Of a stretch of DNA of 64,000 nt, positions 60,181-64,000 are shown piece by piece. Position 1 is the first letter of the stretch, and every line of letters begins with the position of its first letter. Source of the stretch: Sminthopsis crassicaudata (lineage: Eukaryota); the NCBI RefSeq assembly GCF_048593235.1, contig NC_133617.1, positions 631,822,958 through 631,886,957 on the forward strand, written 5' to 3'. The notes beneath the pieces were generated by a model that did not search any database, was not told the origin of the DNA, and saw nothing but the letters and a program-made list of their open reading frames with translations. The translations under genes were made by a program, and so were the position numbers.

Positions 60181-60600
60181 GACTGACCGACCCACAATAA
60201 ATCCCAGGCCAAACCCCACTTAGTGGTGTTTGGGCCCAGACTGGCTCCGAGTGAATGTGAATAGCAATTGTTTCTGTTTGGATCAGAAACTCTGAAGGTC
60301 TTTCCCTCCCAGCTTGAATTTTTGGGGGGAACTAGGTAAAAGAGGCTAATCTCTGCCTTATTTTATACCTTAACTGCCAAACGGGCATTGCTTCAATCAA
60401 ACTGAGAAAGATCTTAGGTTAAAAAAGGCTAAGGCCTCCCCTACATACAGGGCCGCCTCCACTCCTCCCGATCTACAGCTGGCTCCAGAGGGGAAAGTGA
60501 GGCAGGTGACCTGGCCCACTTCTACCCAATTCACTTACGTGTCATGGCATCGCTCCCTGATGTCACGGTCCTCTTTGAGAACGAAAGGACAAACAACAAT
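60180..60600 (-). mobile_element. WALLSI4/MdoRep1-like SINE
   Basis: gaaagtgaggcaggtgacc...ccaattcacttacgtgtcatggcatcgctccctgatgtcacggtcctctttgagaacgaaaggacaaacaac; family name from memory. Confidence 0.6.
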
Positions 60601-62695
60601 TGATTTTGTACTTTACATAGTTACATGTGGTCTCTCTCTTAGAGTGTGAGCTCCTTGAAGGCAATGTTGACTTTCTTTATATGCCCAGTTCTGAGCATAG
60701 TGCCCTGGCACAGAATAAGCACCTTAATAAATGCTTGTTGATTATATATTATTGCACGCTATAAGATCAGAAACTGTTTAATTTTTATTCTTAGTGCCTA
60801 CAACAATCCTTTGCAGCTTAATAAATGTTGAATTGAAATGAAATGCTCAACTCCCAACTACTCTCTGGAAAGGGCACTCATAACTAACTTTAATTGGATT
60901 CAGCTTTTGAATCTGATCTCAATTTCATTGAGGGCCCCAAATGAAGACAGTAAAGATTCCTTTCATTCTACAAATCTTCCTGGAAAACAACTGTTACTAG
61001 AGGCTTCAAGGTTTAAAAAAAAAATCAGACACAGAGTTCTCTGGGGAAAGAAAAAAACCAAAACAAAAACAACAACAATCCTGCATATTATAACTTAGTT
61101 ATAAAGTGTTGGCAAATAAAGGGTTAAAATATCAGTATTTCAGAGTTGTAGTTGGTGGCCAGCCCTAAGAGATTAGGCAAGCAAAAGAACCCCTCAGATA
61201 TGCCGTTTCTAAGGGCATCCCTACAGCTCATACTGCCCTGGTATCCTCTGCTACTTGCTAAGGTTCCATAAGTAACTGATTCTGATCAAGATTTTAATGT
61301 ATGACTGAGTAAGACTATGAGCCATAGTGCCTCGCCCCTTCCTAAAGAAGAGCCAGAGGAGGAGGAGATGGGAAGACAGAGGGAAGAATCATCTAGGGTT
61401 CTTGATGGAGACGTCCAGAGGGAAGTCGGCACAAGCTCTGCCCATATGCTGGCTTGAAATTGTTACCTGAAGTTGGATTCCTGCAACATCGTCCTTTTCC
61501 ATAGCATTGTTCTGCTGGCTTTGGGGAATCCCAAACACGAGACAGCTTGGACAAGGCTAACCAAAGGAGGCCAGACCTTCTTTTACATAACCATGGATAA
61601 ATATCAGTCACCAGAGGTCACCTTTTTTCTCTATTATTACAGCAAAAAAGCGAAATCACCACATGGGGGCACCAGAGTTCAAGGAGTGGCAGGGAAACGG
61701 TGCATGAGCCCTGGTGAGGCAAAGAATTCCTGCTCTTCAGGTTCTGGGTCCTGAGGTTTGTAGCCTCAAAAACACCCATTCCTCATCCAGTCTTCCCTGA
61801 GGAAGAAGTCAGAGCCCCAAAGAAAAAGGACAGGAAAACACCAGGCACAGAAACCAGATTCAGTGTTAAAGGAAAAGACATATACACACATATTGAGATT
61901 TTTTTTGCAGGGTACAGAGGGACTGAGATAAGTAGGCAAAGGAGGAAGGTGAAGGGGGGCTCGAGAGCTCTGAGGACATGAGGGGTTTGTGTAGACAGTG
62001 CTAATTCCACATCCAGGGTTAATTCCGTTCCACTGAGGACCAATGTCTCTTGGATCAGCCTTCTCCCGAAACCAGAGACATCAGATGCCTGTTGGGGAGA
62101 ACTGCTGATCCATATTCGAGCCTACGATTTAAGAGAGGAAAAGTGTAGCCCCAGAGGCTACATCTAAGCAACTGCGGAGGAATTCATGCAAGGGTCTCTG
62201 TTCATTTGCACCTTAGATTACCCTTAGAACAAAGGTTCTGTCCCCCATTCCAGTAGTGCATCCTTCAGGAACAGACGGAAGACTTGAGCATGGCCTTGGG
62301 GTTGATTCACATAGCATCCTCTTTGCCCTTTGTCTGTCCCCCAACACTATCCATGAGCTCTGACCCAAGAGGACACAGGACTCTGGGATTTACCAAAGTC
62401 GCTCAGCAGATGGGGGCTTGAGTGTCTCCACAAATGACCTGAGCCCCATAACAGGCCCCTAGCTCAAACTAACCCATTCCCGGGGGATGTCAGGATCTCT
62501 TGATTGTAGAGGGGTCAGTAGTCATCATAGAAAGCTGGGATGGAAAGAGATCCCTACAGGATCCTCCAGCCCTGTGCTTCTATAGGAGCTCAGGACCTGA
62601 AAATAGGGGAGTCAGTCCTGGAGCAGCTTTCCTCCTGTGCTGGAGCCCCTGAATGTCCTTGTTTTTCTTGTAGGGACCAGTGAATATGGCTGCCT

Positions 62696-63993
62696 CTACT
62701 CTTGTACGCCAGCATTCCAGAAGCCCCACACCTCTAAGGAAGAGATGAGGAAGTTTTCAGAGCACAGAGGCTCATTGTTAAAGGTTTCACAGTGTCCTGT
62801 ATGGCCTCGGTTAAGGTCTGCATCGATGTATAAAGCCTGTCCACCTCCACCACCTGTGAAGATAAAAAGGTCAGCAATTATAGCTAGATAATACCTGCTG
62901 GCTATTATATTTACTTGGCAAATCTATCCATATGGCTTCAAACTGTCACCATCACTTTGGGGCTGATGTGCATAAAGACCAACCTAAACCTTAGCACATT
63001 TCCAACTGCCAATAAGTCTTCACTTGAATGTTTTATTGGCACCTGAAAAATCAGCATGTCTTTCACAGCAAATCTGATTTTCCTAGCTTCCTCTGAACTT
63101 CTAGCACTTCTGGACTATGGCACAATCGATTATATTATGTCTTGTTGCCATATAAAAGTATTGTTTCTACCATTATCAACAGCCCCAGACCCAGGCAAGA
63201 TTTCTGTCTCCTCATTCTTCCTACCCTACAGTAGAGCTGAGCTCAAGGCTGGGACTAGACAGCTGACACTGCCTACGAAGCCCCAAAGCATTACAATCTT
63301 AAACTTGAGCTCTTCCTTGAGGCCCAGGTGCTTTGGGGATACCCACAAAAGGAAACAGTATCAGCCTCTGGAATGGTGAGAATCTAGAAGGAAATCCAGG
63401 CTGAGAAACCTGTTGGGGGTGGGAGTAGGAAAGTATAGGGACAGATAGAAGGGAACCTGCTTTGCCATTTATTAACCTGAGTAGACCTTGGGTGACCCTG
63501 AGCAAATCATTTAATCTGTTTCCTTTATGGTAAATTGACGGGTTTGGGTTAGATGAGCTGAGGCTCACAACTACTGGAGGACAACTACTGGAAGATCTAA
63601 AAATCTCTGTATTCTATATCCCAGCCTAAGACGCCTTGTATGGCTAGGGGGAGGGGAGGAAAGAACGGCAGGGAAAAGGTCAAAGTTAGGAAAAGGTAGA
63701 AGGGAGGGGAAAACATGAGGTGCAATAAGAGGTAGAAATGTCGGGGAAACGTGGTAGGGCAGCACATCACCTATGATGATACACTCGTTGGATCCAGCCA
63801 TAAACATGGATTCAGCTTTTGAAGGAAGATTGAAGTGCCGAGCAGCCAAGAAAGGGGAGAGTCGTTTTGAGGGGTCTGTGGATTCTGTATCTTTAAACTG
63901 CAGACTTGAAGATGTGGGTTCTGAGGATGAATTCTTGGCCAGCTCTGGGTGTTTGATCACTACCCACACATATCGCTGCACTTTTGGCTTCAG
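62696..63993 (-). CDS. TBC1D24: TBC1 domain family member 24, last two coding exons (TLDc C-terminus); gene continues beyond the window
   Basis: Exon 63771-63993 ([18 protein letters not shown]...[31 protein letters not shown]) and exon 62696-62853 ([51 protein letters not shown]); AG/GT boundaries, phase 1 junction. Confidence 0.97.
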
Positions 63994-64000
63994 CTGTGGA

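Noticed and set aside
61088-61104. Short palindromes (ttataacttagttataa here; ctgcatgtcacatgcag at about 439-455)
   Set aside because: 8-bp arms are expected by chance in 64 kb; no supporting context

Overview
Marsupial genomic DNA (WSINE1, MAR1 and marsupial L1/L2 repeats suggest an Australian marsupial, probably a dasyurid; the species cannot be fixed from this sequence). It is orthologous to the human 16p13.3 TBC1D24-ATP6V0C-AMDHD2 block. Four spliced genes lie head-to-tail on the minus strand: the last two coding exons of TBC1D24, complete ATP6V0C (3 exons, 152 aa), complete AMDHD2 (11 exons, 409 aa) and a C8orf33/UPF0488 homologue (5 exons, about 186 aa; exon 2 end uncertain). Exons were placed by hand from translation and GT-AG boundaries. 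The three complete genes have CpG-island promoters, two with CLEAR/E-box-like motifs. About 31-61 kb is almost entirely transposon-derived: L1, L2, SINEs, solo LTRs and an ERV1 gag relic, with a 231-N gap. No prokaryotic-type systems, tRNA, rRNA or CRISPR arrays were seen. The most notable observations are in-frame splice-phase compatibility for TBC1D24-ATP6V0C and ATP6V0C-AMDHD2 read-through, C8orf33 beside AMDHD2, an in-frame uORF ending in a UGA-CUAG readthrough context upstream of C8orf33, and a sense-oriented LTR and a possible poison micro-exon in AMDHD2 intron 3. Repeat family names and comparisons with human sequences come from recalled consensus and protein sequences, and repeat boundaries are approximate; they need RepeatMasker/alignment confirmation.
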